This document shows positions 50,180 through 64,000 of a DNA stretch of 64,000 nt, piece after piece. Made by a program: the position numbers and the translations under genes. The DNA lies in NCBI GenBank assembly GCA_964016885.1, contig OZ024741.1, forward strand, positions 153,388,001 to 153,452,000, read 5' to 3'. Position 1 is the first letter of the stretch. Each line of letters starts with the position of its first letter. Source of the stretch: Eledone cirrhosa. Its lineage: Eukaryota. The notes beneath the pieces were generated by a model that saw only the letters and a list, made by a program, of their open reading frames with translations, did no database searches and was not told where the DNA came from.

Positions 50180-50570
50180 TAAAGCTTATTATGGTAGCAG
50201 TGCTATCAAAACAACATAGAAGCAACAGAGAAGGCATTTAAATGGTTATGGCTAAAGAGAAGTAGTTGGTGGGTTCAGTAGTATTTATGCCACTTGGACA
50301 CCAACTAAAGCTTGATCAACCTTGGTTGGCTCACCTGAATGAAGGTGTAACCTGTATGACCTAGTGACTCCAGAATACAATACTGATAAAGTGTCCAAAT
50401 ATTAATATCTGTAGTTGGGTCACCTGGATGAGGGTGTATGTTATTAGACCTGAAACACTGAGTAACTCCAGGATACAACACTGATCATGTGTCCTGTGGT
50501 CAGGTCACATGGATGTGAGTGTATTTCGTAAGACCCAAAACACACTGATTCCAAGATACAACACTGATAT
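50180..50570 (+). mobile_element. Relic 3' end of a restriction-like-endonuclease LINE (HERO/NeSL-like)
   Basis: AIKTT*EATEKAFKWLWLKRS C-terminal motif, then a partly duplicated 3' UTR. Confidence 0.5.
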
Positions 50571-51371
50571 CACTCAAAAGCAATGTAGGGCACATTTGCT
50601 CAAGGTACACATAGTGGGATTGAACCTAAAATCACAGGGCTGCAATACAAACTTCTTAACCACACAGCCACATCTGTGCCTATCTGAGAAGCAAGTGACA
50701 CTTCTGTTCATTGACCAGCCAGTAAGTTCTTTTACCTGACAAAATACAGCAGAGCCTTTTAGTTCCCTAACAAGAAGATCTGTACTACTAGATTTGCCAA
50801 ATACTTCTAGCTATCACTCCTCAACAAAAATGGTTCTGATAACTGCATTCCTGCTGAAAAGCTTCCCCCATATACTGTTTTCTTCACCTCCACCTTCATA
50901 CTGCACACATTCAACAAATTACCTGCCTCATTACCATATACAGTTTCCATGTGCAAAACCTCTTCCATTCACTCCCCCCTCAACAAAGTGACTGGTCTCA
51001 ATATCATACCCCACCACTATCCAGACCCATGCAAAGCTGGTAATAGGCCCAGGTTAGATGTAAAATTTAGCCCCCACCCCAAGCATGCAACAGGCCCAGC
51101 ACATATGTGAAACGTAAGCCCACAGAGCTGATAAGCCCAGGCCAGATGTAAAATCTAGCTCCCACCCCATCTCCAATGCTGGTAGTAGGTCCGGGACATG
51201 TGAAAAATAAGTCCCAAAAGATGGCAATAGGTCCAGGCCAAGTGTAAAATGTAATCTCTCACAGCTGGTAATAAGCTCAGGCCAGACATAAAATGTAGGT
51301 CCCATATCAAATAACTCATTAAGTATTTTAATAGTGCTAAATACATATGGTTTATGTAGTATGGGTTACAG

Positions 51372-51428
<57 letters not shown>

Positions 51429-51865
51429 GTATATGATGTCTTATATGTAACAGAACGGAATAAAAGAACAAGAATTTGAAGCAAATAGCCAGCCACCCCT
51501 TCCCTCAGAATTGTAGATCCACGCCAACTGGCCTGTTCTTCGCCCCATCCGTCACCCTCAAACAGTGCGCATCAGACGTAGCACCTATCTTCACCAAACT
51601 TTTCAGTTTGTCTGTCTCTTTCTACACAAGTCTATTGCACATCTCTATCTACTGCTTAAAATAGAAAATCTTTGCATATCAAAGAAATTATAACAGGAAT
51701 ATTTAGAATTTAATATGACAAAACATCCACCATCTGAAATGCGTAGACTGTTAAGATTATTCAGAAAATTCAAAGTATTTTAAAGATATTTAACTTCATC
51801 AGCGCTCACTCAAAATTTAATATTCACTTCATTCGAAGGTGTGCATGTACATATCTATCTGTCTA

Positions 51866-51938
<73 letters not shown>

Positions 51939-53929
51939 ACAAGCACATATGTATATATATATATATAATGTAAGCGTGTGTATGCATTAGTGTGAAAACA
52001 AACTTTCTCCCGTTTAATTAAGTAATTTTGCTTAATCAAGACTATTTTACAAGCAAATCTACGAAATGTAGGACAAATATCCATAGTATAAATGTTGTTG
52101 CGATGTATGCCACCTGGCAAATATGATCCTTTAGTATCGATATCGAAAACTAGACACCCAGTCTAGCAAGAACAGTGTAGGATCATAAAACTACACAGAC
52201 ATTACCTTGAATTAACATTACAAATTATAAAATAAGTTATTCTTAATTTTCTCTACTTCCACCGTTTAAATGACAAAATCTACAGCCAGAGATATTGATA
52301 ATTTAGTCAATAAGAGTAACCTCACCCAACAAAAATTATGCAGCCATTTTAGCTATGTAGAACTGTGCAGTTGCGCCGGAGAATGGGCGGCCTTGTATTG
52401 GGTATTAACAGTTGATTACGATTAATAGTCGTTAATTTGCTTCTATATTAAAAAAAAAAAAGAATATAAAATAATATATTATGTCATTTTGTGGATCAAT
52501 AAATTATCCACAGTAAAAACGCAGGTTATTCTGTTAAAAACAGTTCTGAGTGAGTGACGTTTTTTTTTCTTTTTTTGGGGGTGGGGACTTAAATTTTTTT
52601 TTTTAATAAATTTCTTGGGCTGCTGGAAAGCGGATATTTCTATGAGAGGAAAATATATTATTAATAAATCATTATTATTTTTGTTGTATTCTTGTACACT
52701 GATAGTGTGAAGAAAAAATAGGTTTGCAACATTATTTTTGTTATCCGTAAACTGTCAAACATATTTATTATAATCAGGTTGACAATTTACAGTAAATAAT
52801 GAAGAAACAAAACAATCAACCGTAGCTTCGATACTGGTTTCATTATGTTTATTTATATAATTAATTATGTATACAAATAAACAATTTATATTAATTTTTT
52901 TTCTTTTTGTGGGAGAAGACAAGGATACTCCCTCCCGCACAAGAAGCGATGGATTTTCCCTTTAATAATAGTTTAGGCATGCCAACATACCCGCAACATT
53001 GCCGCGAGTGGACAAACGGCCCTTTCTTTTCTTTCTTTTTTTTTTTCAAGGAGAAATACTAAGTTGAGACATAAATGTTTTTCTCTATGTTTATCAGTGT
53101 CGTAAATATTGTGAATTAACTTCAACCAGGAATAGAAACTGCATCACCAACTCGACTTACCGGGAGCTTCTTACGATGGTGACTTTCAATAGGAACTTTC
53201 TCTTAGAAATCAGAGATATTCCTAAACGAAACGTTATCAATGAATATTGAAGTAATAAATAATGTACAGAGGAATATGAATTTACTTTGTATTCAATAAA
53301 ATACTTAATTTAATATCACTAATTATTAAAAGACCTAATAATGTAGATACCTAAATATAAAATGATATCGAAAGCTGGCATCGGTAGATTTAGTAAAGGT
53401 ACAGGCAAAAAAAAAACTGCTGAAATTATATATATATATATATATATATAAACAGATTAAAACAATCTGAAAGAAAAACAATACTAAAGATCAGTTCAAC
53501 CGGAGTCACAGGACTGCACTAATCGGTGTTTACCTTATTATTGCCCCCGTTCTTGAGAATACCACATTAGAATAAATCTTTTAAGCTGTCAATGCTATAT
53601 CAATTAAAAGGTACTTGTTGAATGAATGAAAGGGTATTCACATAATACCACTTCGGAGATTTCGAATTCAATTAATTGTTTTATTACAAAATATTTAGTG
53701 TTTTCTTTTCATGGTTGAATCTTATAGCAATAAAGATAACTAATAAATAAATAAAGTAGACAGGAAATTCTTAAAATTGCAGTGACTACTGACTTAATAC
53801 CGCTCACATGTCTTCATGGAGATAGAAGGGTGAAAAAAGATTTCTTGGTGTCTTGCAGACTTTTTAAAAAGAAATCGGTGAGAGTCACTGCTTCCGTAGC
53901 CGAACGGAATTTTAAAATACCGGGAATTA

Positions 53930-54640
53930 TCGATAAACTACTTTTTTTTTCAGCCAGTGGCTCGAGACGTTTGAAGAGCTGGGCCACTGACAACGAAGTT
54001 CTTGTCATCGTTGACGGCTCGCCTTACCGAAGTATCAGGTGATGCCCTTGAGGGTGCTTGGTTATTCTAGTGTCTTAGCCTCGCTATCACCCGCGGTAAC
54101 GCTGCCAGTGTGTTGGCTTGATTAAAAAAGTATTAGTGGGAGGCTCCGGCACCTCTTGTGGTGTGTGACCGATTGACACACTTAGTGTTGACAATATTTT
54201 CTTTCGTTTTGATTCTATATTTTCATGTGAAAGATTTATGTAATTAAGTAATAGCCATATGTGTGTGTGTGCATTGATCTTTGACAGCTATGTCATTCGT
54301 GTTTGTAATTTCAAGCTATCTATATTATCAGCATACTGTTTATAATTTTTTTCTCAAAATGAAAATATAAACACAATAAATACAAATAATTATTGCCAGG
54401 AACCTCACTAATATAATGCACAAAAATATATGATCAAAGCGAGAGAAAAAAACAAATAAACAAAAACAACCATAATTCCCCACCAAGTGCGACAATCGGT
54501 TGCGCAACACAAGGGTCAATTTTTTGAGGCAAACCAACACGCTCGCAGCATTACCGCGGGTGGTGGCGAGGCTAAGGCCTGGAACAATCAGGACCACCCC
54601 GAACATCACTTAACACCTCGGTAAGGCGAGCTGCCAAGTT
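53930..54640. mobile_element. Two facing CRE-like 3' relics (+ ~53930-54200, - ~54450-54640)
   Basis: LSLAITRGNAASVLA on plus and LSLATTRGNAASVLVCLKK on minus. Confidence 0.65.
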
Positions 54641-56164
54641 TAGGGGAAATGTGAACTTTGCTATCATGTAATTTCATGTCCATCGTTTATTTTTTTAATG
54701 CTGTTATTAATAAATAAATATTTATCTGTGAATGGTAACCAAATATTAAGGAAATAATAATAACAACGATGATTTCTAATTTAAGCACAAGGCCAACAAT
54801 CTTTGGAGGATGGGAAATCAATTAAATCGGTGTCCGTAATTGACTAGTACTTCATTTTATTGAACCTAAATGGGCGAAAGCAAATTTGGCTCCGACGGGA
54901 TTTGAACTCAGAACGGAAAGGACCATGACTATATGCTGCAAAGCATGTCCAGCTCTCTACCGATAGTGCTAGTCCACCGCCCTGTTTAGTGAAATAATAA
55001 TGGTTTTTAATTTAGACACAGGCCAGAATAAATCTTTCTTTATTAACCACAAGGGTTGACACAAAGTATAACATTAAGGACAACACAGGACAATGCAAAT
55101 GGGCATTTCTGCGTGTAAAAAAACCCAGAGTATGTGACAGAATAATTATAATTGTTTCTACTTTTGGCACAAGGCCAGCAATTACCCCAGTGCATTACTG
55201 GTACTTTATTTTATCGACCCAGTAAGGATGAAAGGCAAAGTTAACCTCAGCCGGATTTGAACTCAGACCGCAAAGGCCCGTAATAATAATCCTCTTTATG
55301 CTTGCATGAGACTGGTAGCTACAGTGTTGGTGATCAAACAGAAACAATGTATGGTTTGAAAGGACTCTTTTATCTGAACAAGTATGTGACAATGTCTGTA
55401 GTGCCATGATAAAATTCACCCATTACACCCTGAAAAGTGTTAGTGCTGGTATCACAGAAAATGTACCCAGCACCCCCTGTAAAGTAGTTAATGTTAGGCA
55501 GGGCATCCAGCAATAGAATGCATACCAAATATGGAAAATATGAACAAGACAGGTCGCTTCGACCCAGCTGATCTCAGACTGTTACAACTGATTCAAATTA
55601 TGCAAGCATGGAGAGGGGATGTAAAATGATGATGATGATGATGAATGATTGTTTCTTACATTGGCATTAGGCCATAGAATAGATGTATAGTTGAATGACC
55701 CAGTCACTAGAATACTAGCACTTACTACTATATGAACTCCTAGAGGAATAAAAAGCAAAGTCAACTGAGATTTGAACTCAGAACATGAAGAAGGGTTAGT
55801 GGTTAGGGTGTTCAGCTCACAATCATAAGGTTGTGAGTTTGATTCCCAGAGGTGTGTTGCGTCCTTCAGCCAGACATTTTATTTCACATTGCTTCCGTGA
55901 GGTTGAGGGGCTGGTTGCTGGAAGTATCGGGCTCAGTGACATCACTGGACCCTTGCCGAAAGGAGGGGGCCAAGTGATGCCACATAAGTGGAAGGACTAG
56001 TGGTGTGGTCCTCTTTCTGTTTTGACAATCTTGTTGATTTGATGTGTCTATGGCTTGAGCTCAGGTATATGTCCTAGGTTTTCTGGCTAAAGGTTAGGCA
56101 GGTAAGGCTTTCATTGATATGTTCCATCTGGTCAAGATTGATGATAGAAGAGGACCAATGAGGT

Positions 56165-56395
56165 AGGTGACCATAGGTAAAGATTGACATGAATACTGAC
56201 ATGAATTGAAGATTGAAAGATAGGCTTTTACACTTACCTCTCTTCTTTTGATGACCGAATGCTGAAGTTGGTGCATTACTGCACCAGTTGCTGCAATTCT
56301 TGCATTTAATTCAACCTCCTCCCTTCCATAACTTGTGAAAACGTCGCCGAGATACTTGAACTTCTCAATCTGCTTTAGTGGAACTTCAGTGAAAT
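56165..56395 (-). mobile_element. RTE-like RT C-terminal fragment
   Basis: LKQIEKFKYLGDVFTS. Confidence 0.75.
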
Positions 56396-56429
56396 TGATC
56401 ATACAAGACAGACCAGAAAAACTTCTATC

Positions 56430-58950
56430 AAGAACTTAATGTTTATTTCTGTTTGAAAGGTTTAATTCTGGATGTGGAAAAAGCAAGAGGTTTTGGGGAG
56501 GCATTTGTAATGTGAAGAAGGAGACAAGGATGATATAGACTGGCTAGTTGATATAAAAAATGAGAGGGAATACATGTAAAACTCAATTGTGATTACAGAA
56601 CATATGGTAAACATCAGATATTGTAAAACACCAAATTAGAAGGGGAAAGGCCCAGATCATGTCCAAGGGTATTGATTAAAAATGTTTACTTCTCTTCATG
56701 GTAACATAACAGTTGAACTCAATATCTTAAACAGTGTGAAACAAATGTCAACTTGGATGATTCATGGGAGAACTGTCCTGTGTTTGAAGGACCCAACCAA
56801 AGGAATATGGATAACTTCCAGCCAATCGTATGTCTACTACTTATGAGGAAATTAATGACAGGGATTATAGTTGGGAAATATAAACATTTACTGACACTGA
56901 ATGCATATTGCCAGAAGATCAAAAGGGATACAGACAAAGAGTAGGTGTACAAAGGGCAAGGCAATATAGTAGGACTAAGAAGAGACATAAGAACTTGGCT
57001 ATGGCTTAGGTGGATTGTAGGAAGGCACATGGCCTTGTTCTCCACAGTTAGACAATGGAATGCCTGAGGATATTTAGAATTGCTGAGAATCTAACTGAAT
57101 CTATAAAGAGAAGTATGGCAACATGGAGAACTCAACTAAGTTCTGCAGGGCATAGTGCTGGGAGAGGTGAATATAGAAAGAGGAATTTTTCGAGGTATGG
57201 AGTTTGGCATCAGGAAGTGTATTGGTGATGCAAAGAAGGATGGTAAATGCAACTAATAGGATAGAGCTCCTTAATGGATAGGTAATAAAGAAGGTTGAAA
57301 TGAAGGATGATTTTACAACCAAGTACTACAGGAGATTGGGGCTGATATTGAACTCAAAATTGAAAGACAAAAACAAGATCTCTGCAATAAGCATATGGGC
57401 TATTGCAGTTTTGTGATATGGAGTAGGTATACTGAAGTGGATACAGGATGAGGTCAAAGAATTGTCAGTGGTTTTTAATTTGAATAGTTATGTAGATAGA
57501 CTGTATATGACACGATACAAAGGAGGGAAGTGACTCATTGAATGTGAGGATTGTATTAGAAGTAAGGAAAATGGACTAAGGTGGTGTATAAAAAACAGTA
57601 AAGAACAATTTTTGAATGGAATGCGACAGGTTAGGATTATAGAAACTGAAATATGCAAGAGTAAGGAAAAACTCAAACAGAAAAGCAGAGGAGACAAAAT
57701 TAGACTATGGAAAGAGAAAAGGATGCATGGCCAATCTGTGTGAAATATGGAAAAAGACCAGCACAGAGATAGGATTGACAAACAGATATTGGGCTTGGAT
57801 GAAGAATTTAGAGTGGAAAATTAAAACAGTCCTTGATCTGTGCAGCCAAGGAACAGTCATTGCAAAATAATTATGTGAAATACAACATTGACTAGACTGG
57901 AGAGTCTCCTTTGTGCAGATTGTGTGACAGGGGAAACTGTGGTTCACAGTGTTAGGCACTGAAGAGGTACAAAAGAGGCATGACAATGATGTGTACATTG
58001 TACATTGGAAATTGTATGGAAAGTTTGGTTGTTTGAAAACACTGATCTAAGAAAGGGTATGAACAAAAGCCTAAGGAAATGCTTGAAAATACAAAATTGA
58101 AGCTTCTTTGGAACATCAGTGTCCAATTAGATGAGAGGATCCCAGCAAGACCAGGTCTTATACTGGAGGATAAAGAATGAAAATACTGCCTCTTGGTTGA
58201 TATAGCAGTGCCAATAGATGACAGAGTTGCTGAAAGGAAAATGAGAAGGAAGATAAATATCAGCCACTTAAATTTGAAATAATGCAGATATGAGAAATGA
58301 ACTGAGTATAAGTTATTTCAATTGTTGTTGGAGCTCTTGGTGTGGTAGCAAAGAAAATCCAAGATAGGATCTCAAAGATTGGGGTTGGGAACAGCCAGAA
58401 TGTTAAGAAGGGTACCACAAATATAATAAGGAGAGTGAACTGCAGGGGCAATGGTCATTTCTTATGACCAACTCTTGTATGTTAATTTTGACAACATATA
58501 ATCTATCAGAGTTCAAAGAAATAACAACAACAGCATCAATAATATTAATAAGAGAAGCAGTAGCTGGAAAGGCATTACATGGGCAATTTGAATGACAAAC
58601 ATCTGGTCTTGTGAATGGTTCTCTTACAGTGATCTAAAAAATGTGACTGAAGCACTGCTGATCTTAGCCCAAAACCAAGAGTAATAACTAAAGGAATATA
58701 TTATCTTGGTGAAAGTGTGAAGTGCCATCTGTGTAGAATTAATACAGAAAGTGTCACCCACATAATGAGTGCTTGCAAAATGCTAGTTCAAAAAAAGTAT
58801 AAAAGAAGACATGACAAGATCTTATATATCTTGACTGGTGCAATAAATATAGCTATCAGATATCCAATAAATGGTACAAGTATGTCCCAGAAAGTGTCCT
58901 TCATGACAGAAATAAACCAATATACTCTGAGACTTGGGTGTGTCTTGGAT
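56430..58950 (+). mobile_element. Decayed R4/Dong-like non-LTR elements
   Basis: NFQPIVCL, LAMA*VDCRKA, LNSKL...AI..WA, CRLC and CHLC...H...C...YKRRHD remnants with many stops. Confidence 0.65.
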
Positions 58951-61080
58951 TGTATAATAGATATTATTTATTTTGGTCGTTTTGGAAGCCTTGTTGTGGA
59001 GTTTATTATTTATTTGTTTTTTATCCTTATAATTGATTTTTGCTTGGTGGGGTGAAGGGTCACTATAGTCAATTAAATTAGCTTCGGTACTTGAATTGGT
59101 AATTTAATTTTATTGACCCCAGAAGGATGAAAGGTAATATTAACCTCAGCTGGGTTTGAACTCAGAATATAAATATCTGTTACTAAATACCATAAAACAT
59201 TTTGTTCAACACTCTACCAATTCCACCAATCCATCAAATAAGTGAAAGTCAGTGGAGTGACAGAAGCAGCAGACAAAATGCTTTATTGAATTTAGTTCTG
59301 TCTCTTTTATATTCTGAGTTCAAATTCCTCGGGGTCAGACTTTACCTTTAAATATATGTTGTTGTTGTTGCTGTTAGGTCCTAATGTCAACTTATATAGA
59401 GCAGACTGATTATCAAAAGTGTTCCAGATGTGACCATCCCTGTGTACCTAGATGAAGTTAAACAGCTTAGTGGTAAGGATGTTGAACTTACAATAGAAAG
59501 GTCATGAGTTTAATTCCTGGGCCAGATGGCCCACTGTGTCCTTTATCAAGACACTTTATTTTACAGTGTACCAGTCCACTCAGATGGGGGTTAATCCTAT
59601 GATGAACAGGTGTCCCATCCAGGCAGGGGTCTTGTACTCTCAGTTGCTTAAAGCAATAAAGCTGGGATATGCTCTGGCCTGATGAACCTCTAGGCTTGGG
59701 ACAAAAAAGAGAAGAAAGTGTACCTAGGTTTACATTATCAAATGTGTCCTTCATTTTTTTAAAGTGATTGTGTTCTTTGAAAGAAATTTAGCTATTTTTA
59801 GCAAGTTGAATGAGTGTATAGAGGTTCTCTCACTGACTCGTATAAGTTCTAATTGTTGATGTCTAGCCCTAGGTCAAACATGATCAAGCAGACCTATTGT
59901 CAAAGATGTTTCAGCTATGACAATCCTGTTTGTTTTTTGTTTTTTTGTGCTCAGAGCTACATTGTCCAATGTGCCCTTCCTTTTTAGGGTGTTGTTTGAG
60001 GGACATATAGCTGCTATTTCTAGCAGGTTTGAAATTACTAATATAATTAAATTTGTGTTATAAAGCTATGATTGGTGGAACAGGGAATTCTTTGTGGTTA
60101 ATCAGTAAAGATTTACAAATCCGTGACTGCTCTCCAGGAGTTGCCATATATACATGTATATATGTCGCACCAGTAAACATTCTTGTCTTAATACTTGCCT
60201 CGCATATAAAGTTTTGTAGGTTCAGTAGATGGATCACATGTTGGGTTTTGTGTTGAGTTTTCATGGAAAGAGGGGCATCATCTACACAAGTATAAACAAT
60301 ATATATGATTTTTGAGCAGGTTTTTTTCTCATTGTGATGTCAACAATGAAGTTTAAGAGTAAGATTTTCCAAATATCTTACATCATTATTCTGATTCCAT
60401 TTTCTTTAAACTGAGACCTTTCAACCATTTAGTAAATAAAATACCACTCTAAACCTTACTCTACAGATATAGGCTTTGTGAGTAGTCAAACAGAAATTAT
60501 TATTATTGATGAAAGAAAAGTGGTGAATTGGCAGAGTCTTTAGAACTTCAGTATTCACTCTGGTGCTGTGAGGTCAACTTTGCCTTCCAACTTTCCAAGA
60601 TTGGTAAAATAAAGTACCAGTTTAGTATAATCGACTTCCTCTTCCCTAAATTGCTGGCCTTGAGCCAGTATTAGAAACAACTATTATAAATGAAAGAAGC
60701 AATGTAATATATAATTTCAAAAACATTGTCAGAAATGTTGTTTGTAAGAACATAGTCTATATATTTGCAATTTTTGTTTATGTGTAACCAATAATCTTAT
60801 AAAAATCTAATCCAATAAAAAAAGAATGCATTGTTTTATCTCAGAGTAAGTGCATTATTCAGATAACACATATGAATTTAAATGATATTTATTAAGCATC
60901 AATTTGAGTTTTATACAATCTAATGAAGAAAGATTATTATTATTATTATTAAAGAAATACTTATTAAAAAGTTTGCAATTTTGGATAGACAAAATTTGAA
61001 GGGAAAATATATCAGAGTCAAATTGTTATTTATGTTTAATGTGAAGAATTAAAACCTATATGGAGTCATCAGTGTTTGTT

Positions 61081-61412
61081 ATATTGTAACATTGACTGAG
61101 ATATATCACCAATATACTAAGATAGTGACTATAGTCATTGCTAACTGATATATTATGACATTCACTGAGATATATCACTAATTTACTAAGGATAGTTGCT
61201 GTAGTTATAGTTGACTGATATATTGTGACATTGACTACTGAGATATATCACTAATATACTAAGATAGTTGCTATAGTCATTGCTAACTGATACATTGTGA
61301 CATTGACTGAGATATATCACTAATATACTAAGACAGTTGCTGTAGTAATAGTTGACTGATATATTGTGACATTAACTGAGATATATCACCAATATACTAA
61401 GGATAGTTGCTG
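61081..61412. repeat. ~69-bp tandem repeat, ~4.7 units
   Basis: ACTGAGATATATCAC(C/T)AAT recurs five times. Confidence 0.9.
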
Positions 61413-61692
61413 AGACTTTTATTATTCTACTTGGTATAATGATGGAAGTTTGGCACAGCAAAGCATTTTATAAAATGCCTTGTTTTGGGGGTTTTTTTCA
61501 AAACAGCCATTTATGTTCTGAGCTTAAGTCCTGCCAGAATTGATTTTGCGTTTGTGCCTTCTTGCAACTCTGTTGCCAGTCATATGCTGGTATTGCTCAA
61601 ATTAATTTCACCCTACTCTAAAACTTGTCTTATTTCAATGCTAGAAATCTAGATATCCTTATTTTAGCAGTTGCTACATGGAATAAAAAATG

Positions 61693-61975
61693 GGTACAGC
61701 ATGGCTGAAAGGTTAAGAAGTCCATTTTGCAATCATAAGGTTCTGAGTTCTATCACACAGCATGGTATTTTGGGTTAGCATTTTTTACCATAGCTATTGG
61801 GAGTGAAAGTGGATAGACAGAAACGCTTTGGAAGCCTGTACCTGTAATTTAAAGAGCCAACAGTCTTGTCATATTCTGTGTCATGCAGAGTCTCCCTGAG
61901 AATTACATTATGGGTACACATATCTGTGGAATACTCAGCCACTTACATGTTAATTCAATGAGTAAGCTTCTTTCC
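61693..61975 (+). mobile_element. Decayed tRNA-derived SINE
   Basis: A/B-box-like head and a body similar to 19353-19673. Confidence 0.65.
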
Positions 61976-62764
61976 TAGCTTATGATACCTCTCTCAGTCT
62001 GTTTTAGGAGAAAGTGTGAGTTTGTACATTAGATTAGCAAAATGGCTTTGGTTAAGAGTGGGGTGAGTTTTGAATTATTTAGGGTAGGTGATAAAAGGGG
62101 AAGATTTTCAATTACATATATATATCAATGCATTAATATCATTATAATAAGATTTCCATGGACTAAAACATGATGTCTAGGATATAAATTAGGGTTGCAG
62201 AAAACGATTGATAAAAAAAATAACATGAAATATTTTCACCTATAAATTAAAATAAAAACTGTTTCATTTTGCATAAATATAGCAAAGAATCTTGAAAGGA
62301 AAAAAAATGGAATTTATAGTTCATACCTCTGCAAGTTTAGTTGGCCTCTTTAGGAGTTTCTTAAGTGTTTTAATGATAGGTTCACCAATTTTATCATAAA
62401 AAGCAATGTGAAATAAAGCATTTTGCTCAAGAATGCAATATGCCACCAATCAAACCTACAACCTAACCAGTAGGCTATGTGCCTTCAGAGAGGAAGGCTG
62501 TGATTAAACACAGACACACAACAGAATACCTTCAGATGAAATATATTCTTCAAGCCAGTGAAGGAGCTTCAGCATGGTTACTCATCCTGCTAAAAATAGC
62601 AGTATTTATTTTTTTTTAAACGTAGTCTTAAATAATGTAGTCTTGGATAAACTACATATTATGTCTGAAACAAAAGATGGGATTTTCAGGGTTAGAATGG
62701 TCAGGGCTGACTTGGAGCCAAATAACAACAACAATAAGACCTAATGAACTATCTAACACTCTGA

Positions 62765-63040
62765 AGGGAAAAAAGAAAGGAGCCAATTGTCCAATCAGAC
62801 CAAGGAAACTATATTTCCATTTGTCATTCCAATGTCGGTCACAACTCTCTCTCGGTCACAACTCTGGGAAGAAGAAAGGAGCCAATTGTCAGATCAGACC
62901 AAGGAAACTGTTTCCATTCATCTTTCTATTGCTGATTCTATCTGCTAGTCCCAACTCCAAGAAGAAGAAAGGACTTAATTGTTAGATTAGACCAAGGAAA
63001 CAATGTTCTCATTGGTCTTCTCATTGCTGATATTATCTGC
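62765..63040. repeat. Three degenerate ~95-bp tandem units
   Basis: AAGAAAGGA...AATTGT...AGACCAAGGAAAC occurs three times. Confidence 0.8.
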
Positions 63041-63570
63041 CATGCATAGCTCCTGGCAGAAGTGTCAATGCTTTTCCTCTGACAGGATGCAGGATTTGAA
63101 CTCAGAATTCACAGAACTAGTACTAATACTGTAAAGCATCCTGACCATTATTCTCTTTAGCAATTCCACTAATCCAGTGCCCAAGACTAGTACTTTAGTT
63201 ACCAGCCCTGGAAGGATGACAGACCTAGTTAACCTTCATGAGATTTGAACTAGAGTACAGAGGACCAGAAGAAATATCATAAGGTATTTATCAAATGCTC
63301 TAAAAATTCTGCCAATTTACCAATAGAGAGATGAATTAATAAGCTTAAAGCCATTGTCTATATTTCTAAATACCAACTAATGCTGTATAATGGAGCACTT
63401 AATTATATATTTCTGTGTTTAGTAGTGTATCTATCTGTGTATGTGTGTAGTCAGTCTGAGCATGTGCTTGTCTGTTTCTGGGTGTGTATATGTATGTGTG
63501 TCTGTGCATGTGTATATGTGCATATATGTCTCTGCATGTATGTGTATGTGTCTGCCTGTGTATGTGTGTG

Positions 63571-63605
<35 letters not shown>

Positions 63606-64000
63606 ATGTAGAAATATGATCTCTAATATAGGAGTTAATACAGTATGGCAAGGAAACAATAAATTTCAGTGGGACTTTTGTTAACAAAATTTTCTTTCCC
63701 TAAATCACTACAAAGCCTTCTAAATATTTCAATTGTTGGTTTAATTAAAGGTAAAAAGAAGGGTTCAGGTAACAGGACCCTTTTGAAAGCCAACTGTTCA
63801 ATATAGGGAGTTATCTATATGATCTGCCAAAATCTATGTAAAGGAAAAAAAATCTGTATCAAAATATCTTAACAAGCTTACAAATACATTGTGATAAACT
63901 TTTAAAAAGCATATCAGGTACACTGCCAACATTCCTGAAGTGCTGTGAAGTGAAGAGAATCATGACTTCAAATTTATTAGGAGGCAATAAAGCAAGTGTG

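Overview
This window is eukaryotic, AT-rich and repeat-dense. The (TA)n/(CATA)n/(GAT)n microsatellites, RTE LINEs and SINE types suggest a cephalopod such as Octopus, which is an inference. No host gene could be named. The main contents are: (1) three near-identical RTE-clade LINEs (APE endonuclease + RT with a PHD-type finger inside the RT core), one with an intact 1056-aa ORF; (2) many decayed LINE, SINE and MITE pieces; (3) a 2.1-kb 25-bp minisatellite; (4) two Penelope-like elements (PLEs), one RT->GIY-YIG and one domain-permuted GIY-YIG->RT (Naiad-like). The most notable signal is invisible to the ORF track. Six well-formed and several degenerate minimal type-I hammerhead ribozyme (HHR) motifs lie in non-coding tandem and fold-back repeats. 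These include a 418-bp tandem array with one HHR per complete unit, a retrozyme-like arrangement predicted to give a 418-nt self-cleaved, possibly circular, RNA. All folds and alignments were done by eye, and the boundaries of decayed repeats are approximate.
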